This document shows, piece after piece, positions 1-13,855 of a stretch of DNA of 64,000 nucleotides. The first letter of the stretch is position 1, and each line of letters begins with the position of its first letter. The DNA comes from Octopus vulgaris (lineage: Eukaryota), in assembly GCA_951406725.2 (NCBI GenBank), contig OX597835.1, positions 11,284,001 to 11,348,000 of the forward strand. Reading direction: 5' to 3'. The translations under genes were made by a program, and so were the position numbers. The notes beneath the pieces are model-generated. The model was given only the letters and a program-made list of their open reading frames with translations, made no database searches and had not been told where the DNA came from.

Positions 1-807
1 GTTGGGTTGATTTCCAAAAGAAAGGTTTGGATATCGTTGTCAAAATTCTTCAAACTAATTCAAAATAAATTGTGGGAGGCCTTTAAACTTTTCGATGTTA
101 AGGTTATGTTATGTAAATCTAGATGTGGTTCTGTTTGATTAATTCGTTCCAAAGTCTAAATTTTACTCTGCGTTATTATTCTTGGATACCTTTGCATTTT
201 GGAACTGAAAACTGCTTCATCTCAACACAAAGCTGTAGAATATGATACTTTATTGGTTCTATAATCATTGCAGAGATCCAAAATGTTAGACCACTTACCT
301 CATCAATCACATTGAATGATAGTAATGTATCAACAACTTTAACATTCAAATCATTTATTTTGTGGATTTCTGAAAGTTCCATTGACAATATGGACAGTTT
401 CCCTTAAACAACCTGTTTTTAGTGGTGAATTTTGCAACAATGGTCCAACCACTTCACATCTAATTCCACAAGTAATCCTGCAATATAACAGAATTATTCA
501 CTTGGTGATACAAAACCAGAGCTCCACATTTTTGTGTTGCATCTGTAAAGTTGTGGGTTTCAGCTTTTCCATTTTCTTCATTTCAAAAGTTTCTCCACAA
601 ATTATGTCACGGAATATGCTGGAATCTATGAAGCTGAATTTTAATTCGACTTGATCAATTATTGAGTGAGGAAACCATTCATTATGGAACATTGTGAATA
701 AAAATTCCTTGGCATAATTAGATTCTTCACCTTCGTGTGGGAGAAGAATGTTCAGTTTTGAAATAGCTTTTCTTATGCGAGTAAATACTGATCTCCAAAT
801 ACATATA

Positions 808-1615
808 CAGGGTGTGGATGGTATCCATTTGCATGATGACTGTCCCAGGAAAAATGAAACAGTGTTTTTATTTTTTGAGGTATATTTGCCAAATTTGGGT
901 CAGTTTGTCTTCGTGACATCTTCCATCAATCTCACTCAACAATCTTGCCTTTGACCTCAATGACAGTCTCCACGTGACCTCAGAACCTGCCACAAGCTTT
1001 TGTCTCTGTCTCCTGTTTTAGGCCCCTGAAGGCCCTGGTAATCCTGGCTTTCTGCTTTTCCTTGCTGTAGCTAGATTTGTTGGTCTCTCATTCCACCATT
1101 CCCCACACAATAAAGTCAAAGGGTTTGTAATCAAGTAAGTTGGGAAGCCAAACGTTAGGTGCAACGTGATTAAAAAAAATTTCTCCAACAGCTGGGCCTG
1201 GGTCTTCCAGTTGGTGTGGCAGGGCTCAGAGTCTTGCTGCCACATGTTCTGCCTCCCTACCTGGTCAGTCTAGGGTTTCACTAACTCACTCAGAACATGG
1301 GTGTAGCCATTGGCGTTCAGCCTGAGGCTCTCAGGCTCTCAGGGAAGAAGTGAGGTGGCTTGGCATCACCTTCAGTGCTGACAACACCAAAGACCATGGC
1401 TGTTGGTGGAAATTTCACCTACATGACAGTGGGCATGTCTTTGGGTGGACAGCAAACCACCTGCTGTTCTGAGAGTTAATCTTCTGGACTTAGCAGAAAT
1501 TCTTCTCCTCAAAGAACCACAGCATGTCTAGTTCCAGCAAGTGTTTCAACTTGTCGATCAACTTCTTGGTGTGCTTGAATCACTTTTCTTGCATTGCCTT
1601 GAACAGAAATTATCC
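808..1615 (-). mobile_element. Decayed Tc1/mariner-superfamily (DD37D/maT-like) transposon, 3' part
   Basis: Minus-strand broken frames give KLKHLLELDMLWFF.EKNFC, KFPPTAMVFGVVSTEGDAKPPHFF, WQQDSEPCHT..KTQ and ACGRF.GHVETVIEVKGKIVE*; terminus TA-CAGGGTGT at 806-815. Confidence 0.8.
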
Positions 1616-1904
1616 TTTACTCTTTACTCTTTTACTTGTTTCAGTCATTTGACTGCAGCCATGCTGGAGCACCGCCTTTAGTCGAGCACATCAGTCCTAG
1701 GACTTTGGCCACAGTCAAAACGACTGAAGCAAATATAGAAATAAAGGAATGTGTGTGTGTGTGTGTGTGTGTGTTTACTACAGAAAATAGTGGAATTTTT
1801 GAATGCAGGATCACCGTGAAGACAGCTTAGAAAATCTGGTAAATGCCTTTTAGAAGATAGAAAAGTGGCAAAGAAGTCTCTGCAGAGAATCGAACCTTGT
1901 ACCT

Positions 1905-2515
1905 CTCAGAACGTAGCGGCAGACGAAATACCTATTTCTTTACTACCCACAAGGGGTTAAACACAGAGAGGACAAACAAGGACAGACAAACGGATTAAGT
2001 CGATTATATTGACCCCAGTGCATAACTGGTACTTATTTAATTGACCCCGAAAGGATGAAAGGCAACGTCGACCTCCGCGGAATTTGAACTCAGAACGTAG
2101 CAGCAGACGAAATACCTATTTCTTTACTACCCACAAGGGGCTAAACACAGAGAGGACAAACGGATTAAGTCGATTATATCAACCCCAGTGCATAACTGGT
2201 ACTTATTTAATCGACTCCGAAAGGATGAAAGGCAAAGTCGACCTCGGCTGAATTTGAACTCAGAACGTAGTGGCAGACGAAATACCTATTTCTTTACTAC
2301 CCACAAGGGGTTACACACAGAGAGGACAAACAAGGACAGACAAACGGATTAAGTCGATTATATAGACCCCAGTGCATAACTGGTACTTATTTAATCGACC
2401 CTGAAAGGATGAAAGGCAAAGTTAACCTCGGCAGAATTTAAACTCAGAACGTAGCAGCAGACAAAATACCGCTAAGCATTTCGCCCAGCGTGCTAACGTT
2501 TCTGCCAGCTCGCCG
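1905..2515 (-). mobile_element. tRNA-derived SINE (family B) with the body repeated three times in tandem
   Basis: One head (ggcgagctggcagaaacgttagcacg) followed by ~170-185 bp units containing gagttcaaattc, gtcgactttgcctttcatcctttcggggtcgat and tail aaagaaatag. Confidence 0.85.
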
Positions 2516-3217
2516 TTCTCTATACCATTAAGCTAATAGATCTCTGAGTGTTTGTCGTTAGAATGACATTGTAGAATAGGTGCAAAAGGCCAGATCTGGT
2601 CTGTTTTTAGAATATTTGGCCCAGGTATGACTGATTTAAATGCTGAAGGATTAAGAGACTCTTTAATTAGTAATGCAGTGATTAAAATAAACATTTTTCT
2701 TGCCCCTTAAGAGATTCCCCGTTTAATAATGAGGTTATCAAAATAAACATTGTTTTGTCCCTTAGAAGACTTCCTAATTATCAACGAAGCTAGTAAAATG
2801 AATCTCGCTTCTGCTCCTTGAATGTCTCCTTATAAAAATGGTGAAGCTGGAAGAGAGGAAAATAAATTTCCCTACAGTGATCTTCAGAAATATTTTGATT
2901 GAGAAATTTAACATGTCTCAATAATTGTGTTAACGAGTTATCTGAGTCTCACTCAAAGACAACAGTCACATCTAAGCCATTACCACTGTGTTCTTGTACA
3001 TATTGGCACATATGCGTTTGTTAGTGTGCGTATACACATGTGCATCACTTTGAGCATGCGTGTGGTGGTGGTGGTGGTGGTGATTGCTTTAATTGTTTTC
3101 TTAATTTTTTAATATTTATTTGTATTTATTTTACCATTCTGGTAAAGAATTCTTTAACATAGTCTTGGCAAACCAATTTTGCTAGTACATCCAAATTTAT
3201 TGACAAAAACGATAACA

Positions 3218-3286
<69 letters not shown>

Positions 3287-3510
3287 GAAATGAGGTAATC
3301 AGATCGGATGGTTCATATTTATAGATATTTATTTATATATTACACTTTTTACACATATATATCATATCATTCAGATCATATCATTCGGATTATTAGCGCT
3401 TTCTCCCATTCCAGTGGGGTTTTCAAATCAAATTGTATATATATATGTATATATACATATATATATATATGTATATATGTATATATGTATATGTATATAT
3501 ATATATGTAT

Positions 3511-3546
<36 letters not shown>

Positions 3547-4521
3547 CTTTATTGGCCACACAGGGCTGAACACAGAGGGGATACATAGATAGATAGATAG
3601 ATATGTAGAAGGTTGCAAAGGAACACACGAGTTGATATATATGGATAACGCACCATAAAGGTTCATACATATGTTTGTATGTACATATACACAAGAAAAA
3701 ACAGGGCTAAAAGCAAAAATACAGGAAAATGTGAAAAAACACTGAGAAAAATACGTCTATATACACACGTACTCGCATGCACGCACACACGTACACTTCT
3801 ATATACACACATACCTGCACAGATGCGCACATTCACACGCACACACAAAAGATTCCATATACGCATCTATATACGCCCAGGGAAAAATGCAGGGTGGAAG
3901 GTAGAATACAGAAAAAATTATGTGTAAAAAATATATAAGCAATTAACCTATAAATCAATATCCTTATAAATATGTAAGAAATATATGTATAAAAAATATA
4001 AATAAAAATATATAAGAAATATATATAAATATATAAGAAATATATGTATAAAAAATATAAATAAAAATATATAAGAAATATAAGTGAAAGGTATAAAGAG
4101 ATAAAAAGCTTGAGCGTGGACACAATATAGAAAGCAAGTTCTATCTGTAGTCCCGGGGGTGGGGGCAAAAACGTAACAAATATTTGGCCACATGTGCACG
4201 TGCAAGCTTTGCACATTCCGTACATGAATTATAGAGGTGGGAAAGAGGTAATGTAAGAAGGAAAATATACTCAGACATGCACACACACCCACACACACAT
4301 ATGCACACACACACACACGCACACACACACACACGCACACATACATACACACACGCCCACACACGTGCACACACACGCACACATACATACACACACGCAC
4401 ACACACAAACATGCGCACACCCAGACACACACACAGACACACACACATACACACACGCACACACACAAACATGCACACACCCAGACACACACACAGACAC
4501 ACACACACACACAGATACACA

Positions 4522-4558
<37 letters not shown>

Positions 4559-4671
4559 AGACACACACACACACATGTCTCTAAACTTCTGCTGGGGTTT
4601 TGGGTGTCCTGTTTCAAGTAGTATTTTAAAATGTGAAGCCCTCCTCTGACCAGATCTCAGAAAGCCAATTC

Positions 4672-5090
4672 ATACCTATTTCTTTACTACCCACAAGGGG
4701 CTAAACATAGAGTGGACAAACAAGGACAGACAAAAGGATTAAGTCGATTACATCGACCCCAGTGCATGACTGGTACTTAATTTATCGACCCCGAAAGGAT
4801 GAAAGGCAAAGTTGACCTCGGCTGAATTTGAACTCAGAACGTAGTGGCAGACAAAATACCTATTTCTTTACTACCCACAAGGGGCTAAACACAGAGAGGA
4901 CAAACAAGGACAGACAAACGGATTAAGTCGATTATATCAACCCCAGTGCATAACTGGTACTTATTTAATCGACCCCGAAAGGATGAAAGGCAAAGTCGAC
5001 CTCGGTGGAATTTGAACTCACAACGTAACGGCAGAAGAAATCCCGCTAAGCATTTCGCCCAGCGTGCTAACGTTTCTGCCAGCTCGCCAA
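4672..5090 (-). mobile_element. SINE family B with two tandem body units
   Basis: Same head and ~185 bp unit as 1905-2515. Confidence 0.85.
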
Positions 5091-5447
5091 GGGGACAGGA
5101 GAAAGAGAGGGATGGCTTTGGGCTCATTCATTCATTCATTCATTTATAAAATTTCTGTCTACCAAATTCACTCAGTAGGCTTTGGTCTGCCTGGGGCTAT
5201 AATACATGAAACCCCAAGATGCCAAGCAGTGGAGCTGAACCCAAGCCCTAATGGTTGAGAAGTGAGCTTTTGAACCACCACAGCTATGCCTGCACCTAAA
5301 TTGTACAAGTGTGAGTGAGAACTGAAACGATCATGTCTCTAAGTTACCAGATGCCAGGACCAGTGTGAAGATTTTGGCCAAACAGATACAAATAATACGA
5401 TTAGTGAATAGGTTCACAATTCTTCTATCGAAATTACAACACTGCCA

Positions 5448-5482
5448 TTATTATTATTATCATTCTTCTTCTTCTTCTTCTT

Positions 5483-5571
<89 letters not shown>

Positions 5572-5609
5572 CATCATCATCATCATCATCATCATTATTA
5601 TTATTATTA

Positions 5610-5679
<70 letters not shown>

Positions 5680-5732
5680 CATCATCATCATCATTATTAT
5701 TATTTTTATTATCATTATTATTAATATTATTA

Positions 5733-5767
<35 letters not shown>

Positions 5768-5810
5768 GTTATCATCATCATCATCATTATTATTATTATT
5801 ATTTTTATTA

Positions 5811-5868
<58 letters not shown>

Positions 5869-5910
5869 CATCATTATTATTATTATTATTATTATTATTA
5901 CTACTATTAT
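5448..5910. repeat. Compound (TAT)n/(TCT)n/(CAT)n microsatellite
   Basis: Directly visible. Confidence 0.95.
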
Positions 5911-6292
5911 TTCAGAGCTAGTTTCATTGGATCATCTCTTCAATATAGAATGCCTTAATTCAATATAGTTCTGCTGCTTCTATAGGAAATAAATATAAAT
6001 TTCACTTAAGCTGATATCAAAAGTTCTAAGTACCAATTTGCAAGAGGTCCACTAACATAACTGACCGATTGAACACATTGTTACTTCTGATACGGAACAC
6101 CTGTAGAACCGATAAGATGATTGGTCAGTAAACTGATAGGTAAAGAGCCTGTTACTCTTTACTGTTTGAAATTCTTATGTTTTTTTTTTTTTACTTGTTT
6201 CAGTCATTGGACTGTGGCCATGCTGGGGCACCATGTTACAGGGTTTAATCATACAAACTGATCCTTTTTTTTTTTCTGAGCCTGATACTTTT

Positions 6293-6353
<61 letters not shown>

Positions 6354-6429
6354 ATCAGCTGTGAATTTTCTTTGTACTATGGTTTTGTTAAATGATTCCA
6401 TTTGTTGTATTCTTTTTATTTAATCCTTG

Positions 6430-6478
<49 letters not shown>

Positions 6479-6815
6479 CATATTTATACATATACACACA
6501 TACAGACATGCACACACACACAGAGCGTTAGCATACACAAAGAAGAGAAAAACAAATTTTGGTATCATATGCAATATATGTTTTGTTTTGTTTTTGTTTG
6601 TTTTTTACTTGTTTCAGTCATCAGACTGTGGCCATGCTAGGGCACCACGTTACAGGGTTTTAGTCAAACAAACTGATCTTAGTACTTTTTCTTTCTTTTT
6701 TTTTTTCTGAGCCTTGTACTTTTTCTATTGGTCAGTTTTTGCCTCGAGACATTTTGTGTTGATGCAACAGCATAAAGCTTTACATTTGAATGAGAAATAT
6801 GTCATCGCCATCATC

Positions 6816-6860
<45 letters not shown>

Positions 6861-8487
6861 GTCATCATTGTCATATACCTGTTAACCAGCACTGTAGTAA
6901 CAGGAAAAACAATTAATCTTTTAACAACAGCAAAACAGAAAGTTAGGATAACTCAGTGAGAGATCCTGTATGTAGTAGTTTGATCTGCTAGAAACAACAG
7001 CAAAATCCCCCTCCAAATTTTGGAGAACGGAATGCTTACAGCTGGAGCATCTTTGATCAAAGACCTGCTCAGTCATGATTCATCTGGGATTCAATGATCA
7101 CAATATGACAATAAGCCATCATCTCACAGGTATGAAGATTTGACTTATTAAGGGATCGTTATTGCCCGTTATATCAAAGACATCACTGTCATCAAAGCAA
7201 TGGAGTGAGACCAGGTCTTAATGACAACTGTGAATAATATAACGGTCGTTTGTTCTCTCCATTCCAACACTGAACAAAAACGGCTGGCTGGTACTAATGG
7301 GATTTGGCCTCTATAGAATATGGAGTAAAATCTGAACTTGGGTATGTGCCAATAAATCGAAGGAAAATGATCTATCAATGTCATGATTGGAAGCGAATTG
7401 CATTTAAATACCAGCAACAGAAATAAGGAATTATTGCCTCTATTACGCGACTTTTTCAGGAAACAAAAATAAGAATAGCTGAGGGAATCAGTTGTGTTAT
7501 TGTTCCAAAATCATTGATGCTAAATAGATGTTTGTTTCAGAACATGTAGCATCGGTCATGGTAAAAACACAAACACATATCTTTCCTCAACTGTCAACCG
7601 TCACTGTTGAGAGCATGGAACCATATAATGCTATTAAATTACTGTTTGGCAGGTATCGAAATAATTATATCTAGATTGGTAGAGACAGAAAACCTTGCTG
7701 GTAATAACAGGTAAAATAATCTGGTTAGAAGAGGAAACCATTATTCTTTGTATATTAATGTTTCAGCTTCTTCAAATACAGCCTTGTGCTGGATTGAAGT
7801 GATTGGTTCATATTTTCAATAAAAGGCAAATAAATCTTTGTCCATCTAATGCGATATTAACATTTTCCTGGTTCAGAGACAATATCCTCTCACAAATAAT
7901 ACATGTGCATGTAATTGAGAAATCTAATCAGGCAAAAATGAGAGGAGAGAGAGAGAGAGAGAGGACACTATTTCCCCAATGTCGCCCAATTTTTGGTAAG
8001 ATTCTAAAGATATTTGCAATGACTTATATTGTTTTGTTCCTGTACGAGATATAGATTAGTGCCAAAATAAACTGAATAGCTTCTTGAAGAACGTACGTCT
8101 ATTTTTAACCATTCGGCTATAAAAACAGAAAGGCCACATGGCATATGAATGAAGGAAGGAGTCTGTTAATAAAAGCTGCCAAATTCCCTCAAAATATCGC
8201 CTACCATTTTGAAGAAGGAAAGTGTATGTTGGATAAGGTAGATGTCGATATACGTAAAATAATGTTCACGGCTGGAATGCTTTGATCACAAGGTCTGCCT
8301 TATGATGGCTGACCTCAGAATATGCAATAATGACAAGGACAGCAGCAGCAACAGCAACAGCAGCATTATGTAATCCTAAGAATTCTTAAAGCTTATTCAA
8401 ATCAAAAAAGAATGAAACCAGTCAAGCTATCATCCTTCCATGCCTGGAGTAAGAATTTTGCTGCTCCATTTATTAGACATATACAGA

Positions 8488-8898
8488 GGCATAGGAGTGG
8501 CTGTGTGGTAAGTAGCTTGTTTACCAACCACATGGTTCCGGGTTCAGTCCCACTGCGTGGCACCTTGGGCAAGTGTCTTCTACTATAGCCTCAGGGCCGA
8601 CCAAAGCCTTGTGAATGGATTTGGTAGACGGAAACTGAAAGAAGCCCGTCGTATATATGTATATATATATATGTGTGTGTGTGCATTTGTGTGTCTGTGT
8701 TTGTCCCCCTAGCATTGCTTGACAACTGATGCTGGTGTGTTTATGTCCCCGTTACTTAGCGGTTCGGCAAAAGAGGCCGATAGAATAAGTACTGGGCTTA
8801 CAAAAGAATAAGTCCCGGGGTCGAGTTGCTCGATTAAAGGTGGTGCTCCATCATGGCCGCAGTCAAATGACTGAAAGAAGTAAAAAAAAAAAAAAGAG
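8488..8898 (+). mobile_element. tRNA-derived SINE (family A), full length
   Basis: Head ggc.caggagtggctgtgtggtaag...ggttcagtccc (A/B-box like), internal (TA)/(TG) tract, tail gactgaaa.aagtaaaa; many further copies in the window. Confidence 0.9.
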
Positions 8899-9157
8899 TC
8901 CACCAAAAATTGTACACACACTTCAAGAAAGGAAAAATCTGTATAAATATTTGTATTCGGTGTTATTGCAGTTTATTCAGTGTTATCACAATTTGATAAA
9001 ACATTGAAAGAGGTACCTACATTTATAGGGGGTACTTAAACAAGATAAATATTTTTATACATTACGGAGATGTACTTGCATAGCGAGTGACATGATCTGA
9101 GATCGTGTGCTGGAACAAAAACAATTACAGCATGGAAGGTGTTTATAAGCCATTTAA

Positions 9158-9378
9158 CCCTTTAGTGTTCAGATTATTCTGTCAAATGTGATGTTTGTTT
9201 ATTTAAAATGGTTTGAATTAATCATGCATTATCTTGTAGTTTAGAGATTTCAGTGATGTGATGTTTTTAGTTTTAGAATGACATGGTAGTGCTGAGGTGA
9301 GAGGCAAGATCTGGCCAGTTTCAATATAAAACAGGTTAAATATTTCGGCCAGATATGACCGGTTTGAATGCTAAAGGG
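9158..9378. mobile_element. piggyBac-like MITE
   Basis: TTAA|CCCTTTAG...CTAAAGGG|TTAA; second copy at 20796-21014. Confidence 0.85.
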
Positions 9379-9929
9379 TTAAGAAACACACAAAAACCGT
9401 TAGATTCACTTCAACATTTAAATTTAATTTGTCGAAATATTTTCACCGCTTTGAGACTGCGACCTGTTCACTGACAAAACTTTGTGCTGCATCTCAGATT
9501 TATACAGATTTCTCCTTTCCTGAACTGCGTATGCATGTTTTTGGTGGAATCTGTACATGGCTAATCGTGTGATGTTGTCCTTCTAATCATGGGGTTCTCT
9601 TTGTTGGGAGATAAACTTTTGAGGAGGCATCGTTTTTAACAAATAAAACATTTGTTTTATAAAGTGCTCTCATTAAACTAACACAGCAAAATCCATCATA
9701 AATCCTCATCTAATGCTTATTGCTTCTAATACTGTTTGATTTATTAATGAACATTATTGATCTGTTTGTAAATAGTTTGTTTCTATTTTAATCTGGTTTG
9801 TTTTGTTTTGTTTTTGTTGTTTTGCTTCAGTTCCTTGCTTACCATTATTTTAACATGTGGTATATGTTATTGAAACCATATATTCTGTTTGTAACAATGA
9901 GATAGGCACAGACATGGCTGTGTGGTTAG

Positions 9930-10232
9930 CGTCATCCAACCAAAATGCAAATATATGGGAAACTACCACCTGTATCATATCTTGTGAAAGGTAGGAAAGT
10001 CCAGTTTGCTGGACATTCTTGTAGAGCTGAAAAAGAGGTAATTTCTACTCTTCTCCTCTGGAAGCCATCTACTCGCAATACCAGAGGGTGCACACTCTCC
10101 TACCCTGATGTAATCTCCAGGGATACAGGCATCCAGCAACAGGACCTCCGTAATGCCATGATGGACCGTGAAGTTTGGCGTAGCATGGTAAATTCCATTG
10201 TCTCGACCATGGTTGAACAATGATGATGATGA
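9930..10232 (+). mobile_element. 5'-truncated RTE/RTE-X-like LINE 3' end inserted in a SINE head
   Basis: Open frame HPTKMQIYGKLPPVS...QFAGHSCRAEKE...LLLWKP...AMMDREVWR, (TGA)n tail, flanked by TSD tgtggttag (9921-9929 and 10233-10241). Confidence 0.85.
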
Positions 10233-10556
10233 TGTGGTTAGGAAATTCACTTTGGAACCACAAAGTTTTGAGTTCAGTTCCACGGTGTGGCATCTTGGGC
10301 AAGTATCTTCTACTGCAGCCCTAGACCAAATAAATTTTTGTGTATAGATTCATTAAATGGAAACAAAAAGAGGCCTGTTATCCACACACACACACACACA
10401 CACATTCACACATGTCATGGGTTGATGATGCAGAAGTAATGCATAGGTTTTGTTTAGGCCAAGAGGGATTTAAGCAAGAGGGATTTGCTGGGATTTAAGC
10501 AACCGAAATAAATTTTGTAATTTAAATTTTTAACCCCACCTCATCGCACATCAAAT

Positions 10557-10610
<54 letters not shown>

Positions 10611-11038
10611 GGAAAATCATTATTTACTAACAGAAAAGTATATGTATCTTTTTGTCTTGACATCACACAGAAGTTGTAAATGAGTGTCACTGTTATATAA
10701 GCAGTTCTGTTTGATTCCGATTTTTCCCCCAAAAATAAAAAAACATGTTAAGGCATGAGGAAATCATACCATACTTAAAAATAAGTAAATGTTTGCCACA
10801 GAAAGGGTATCTGGCTGTAGAATATCAGTCTCAAAGAATCCCATTGACCCCATGCAAGCGTGGAAAAGGGAACATTAAAATGGCAGCAGTATATAGAAAA
10901 TAATTGTTTTTACTTACTAAGGTTCTCTAAGGCATCATTTTACTTCTTTTTTTTTTTCCATTAATTTTGTTTTTGGGACTTTGCAATGTGATTGGACATG
11001 ACAAGTTGTGGTGCACCTGAGCACTGTGTACAATAATT

Positions 11039-11097
<59 letters not shown>

Positions 11098-11111
11098 GTT
11101 ATTATTATTAT

Positions 11112-11585
11112 TACTTTTTTTTTCTTCTTTCAAATTTGCTTCCATTTCTTGCCGAGTGTCTTCCCGACTCCTAGGGCAAAGAAACTCATAGCATACATTG
11201 GTAGGCCATTAAACTAAACTCAATAGTTCATTCATTTTTAAAAAATTTTTTTAAGTTAAAATACATGGGTAGTAATAATTCTCACATCGACAATGCTCTT
11301 CTCAACATGTGTGATGTACCAGTTAAGACAATCTTTTGCACTTCTTGCAGAGATGGTAAGCCAGGGATCATTCTCATATAATTTTCGGTTCCCTTCTTGA
11401 TCATTCCTAGTGCTCCTACAATCACTGGTATTGTAACTGCCTTGAGATGCCACATTTTCTCAATTTCAATGAGTAGGTCTTTATATTTTCTGAGCTTGTC
11501 AAACTCTTTCGCTGAGATATTATGATCACAGGGGATGCTCATGTCGATCAATAAGCAAACTTTATTGTTTTGGTCTTTCACAACA

Positions 11586-11587
<2 letters not shown>
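11112..11587 (-). mobile_element. R4/Dong-type non-LTR retrotransposon 3' end (restriction-like endonuclease domain) within (TAA)n
   Basis: ORF 11282-11581 CLLIDMSIPCDHNISAKEFDKLRKYKDLLIEIEKMW...IPVIVGALG; (TAA)n arrays on both sides, the known Dong target. Confidence 0.88.
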
Positions 11588-11668
<81 letters not shown>

Positions 11669-11691
11669 CATTATTATTATTATTATCATTA

Positions 11692-11742
<51 letters not shown>

Positions 11743-12384
11743 CATCATCATCATCATCATCATTATTATCATTATTATTATTATTATATCTGTTTATTGT
11801 ATCTTTTTCTGATCTTGATGCTTGCATAAGTTCGATTTTTTTCCATTTTGACTGCAATTTTTCTAAATATTTTTTTCACCATGGTCTTGGAAATAATGGT
11901 GGGAAGCTTTTTATGAAAACCAATTTTGGAAAATTTTTTTTTTTTTCGCCCACATCCCCTTTACTTCATTCCCTACAGATTTTTGGCCTTTTTTTTTTTT
12001 TTTCCATTTCACACTTAAAAATGAAGTGAGAAGCTTTTTGTGATAAAAAAAAAAATTGAAAATATTTTCTGATGAAAGGTATGTGATTTAAGGGAGTTTT
12101 AGCTATTGTTTCTAGCACACCCCATGAACATCTGGTACCTTCCTCATTTCTTTGTCACTCTGACATGCATTGAGGTTTTTCAATGTGTGTATGTGTGTGT
12201 GTGTATAAGAAAAATGTTTACTAATAGAAAACTATGATATTAAAAAATTATTAAGAATTTGTAATTTTTTAATCCTGCTCCCATCATTTCAGTTTGTAAT
12301 TTTAAAATATTAGAGGCGTAAAGGTGATGCTCCAGCATGGTCGCAGTCAAAATGACTGAAACAAGTAAAAGAGTAAAAGAAAGA

Positions 12385-12546
12385 GTAGGAGTGGCTGTGT
12401 GGCAAGTAGCTTGCTTACAAATCATGTGGTTTCGGGTTCAGACCCACTGCGTGGCACCTTGGGTTAGTGTCTTCTACTATAGTCTTGGGCTGACCAAAGC
12501 CTTGTGAATGGATTTGGTAGATGGAAACTGAAAGAAGCCTGTCGTA

Positions 12547-12602
<56 letters not shown>

Positions 12603-12818
12603 TGTGTGTATATGTTTGTGTGTCTGTGTTTGTCCCCCCAACATCGCTTGACAACCGATGCTGGTGTGTTTATGTCCCCGTAACTTAGCGGTTCAGCAAA
12701 AGAGACCGATAGAATAAGTACTAGGATTACAAAGAATAAATGCTGGGGTCAATTTGCTCGACTAAAGGTGGTGATCCAGCATGGCCACAGCCAAATGACT
12801 GAAACAAGTAAAAGAGAG
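12385..12818 (+). mobile_element. SINE family A
   Basis: Colinear with 8488-8898. Confidence 0.9.
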
Positions 12819-12996
12819 TAGAATGAATGCTACTGTTCGGCAGTCAAAAGCAAAAATGAGACAAACATTGTGAATGGGTGGAAATATGAGGGTCTGGCTT
12901 GATATGAAAGTGTCAGATTTTGATCAAAAGTATATTGAGAAGAAAGTTCACACCCAGAACTTTCAAACAATATAAACTATCTGCAGAAAGAATGTA

Positions 12997-13422
12997 TTGG
13001 ATTGTCCGGAAAGTTTGTGCCAATTTTTAAAGGAAAGAAAAAGGTCAATAAATACTTGCTATGACATTTTTAATCAACCAAATATGAACCATTTTGTTGC
13101 ACAATGCATCTCCATCTTTCCTTTAACTTGAAAATACCCTCTTCCCAGAATTGAGGTTGTTTCATGGCAAAGAATTCATCAACGTATCTTTTTACGTCAT
13201 CCAAGGAATTGAAATTTTTACCATTAATACTATTCTGCAGAGACCTGAATAAGTGGAAATCCGAAAGAGCAATATCTGGTGAATATGGAGGTGGGGTAAC
13301 ACATCCCAGCCGAGCTGCAACAATTTTTGGTCTGGTTCCCAATGCATCAAATGCCAAAAATGAACTTTCTTATCTTCCATTTTAAAGGGTTACAGAATTA
13401 ACACAATTTCACAAAAAGATAG
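12997..13422 (-). mobile_element. Internally deleted mariner (DD34D) element
   Basis: N-terminus MEDKKVHFWHLM joined directly to the C-terminus QKLLQLGWDVLPH/PPYSPDIALSDFHLFRSLQN...KLKERWRCIVQQNGSY; TA then TIR-like ttggattgtccggaaag. Confidence 0.88.
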
Positions 13423-13600
13423 CTTAACCCTTTAGTGTTCGCATTATTCTGACAATTATTGGTACTACTACCACCTTTTTCAGCGACCACAACTGCTTAA
13501 CTTCCCAAGCTAACCTGTCATATCTCTTGACTTTTCTTTCTTCTTTATCGCATACTTTGATCCAACATCGTTTGGTTTCTTTCTCAATTAACAACGATTG
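13423..13600 (-). mobile_element. Second R4/Dong-like endonuclease fragment (diverged family)
   Basis: LIEKETKRCWI..CDKEERKVKRYDRLAWEVKQLWSLKKVVVVPIIV. Confidence 0.7.
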
Positions 13601-13793
13601 AGATATATTCAAATATATATATATATATACGACAGGCTTCTTTCAGTTTCTGTCTTCCATATCCACTCACAAGGCTTTGGTCAGCCCAAGGCTATAGTAG
13701 AAGACACTTGCTCAAGGTGCCACACAGTGGAACTGAACCCGGAAACATGTAGTTGAGAAGCAAGCTTCTTACCACACAGCTATACCTGCACCT

Positions 13794-13855
<62 letters not shown>

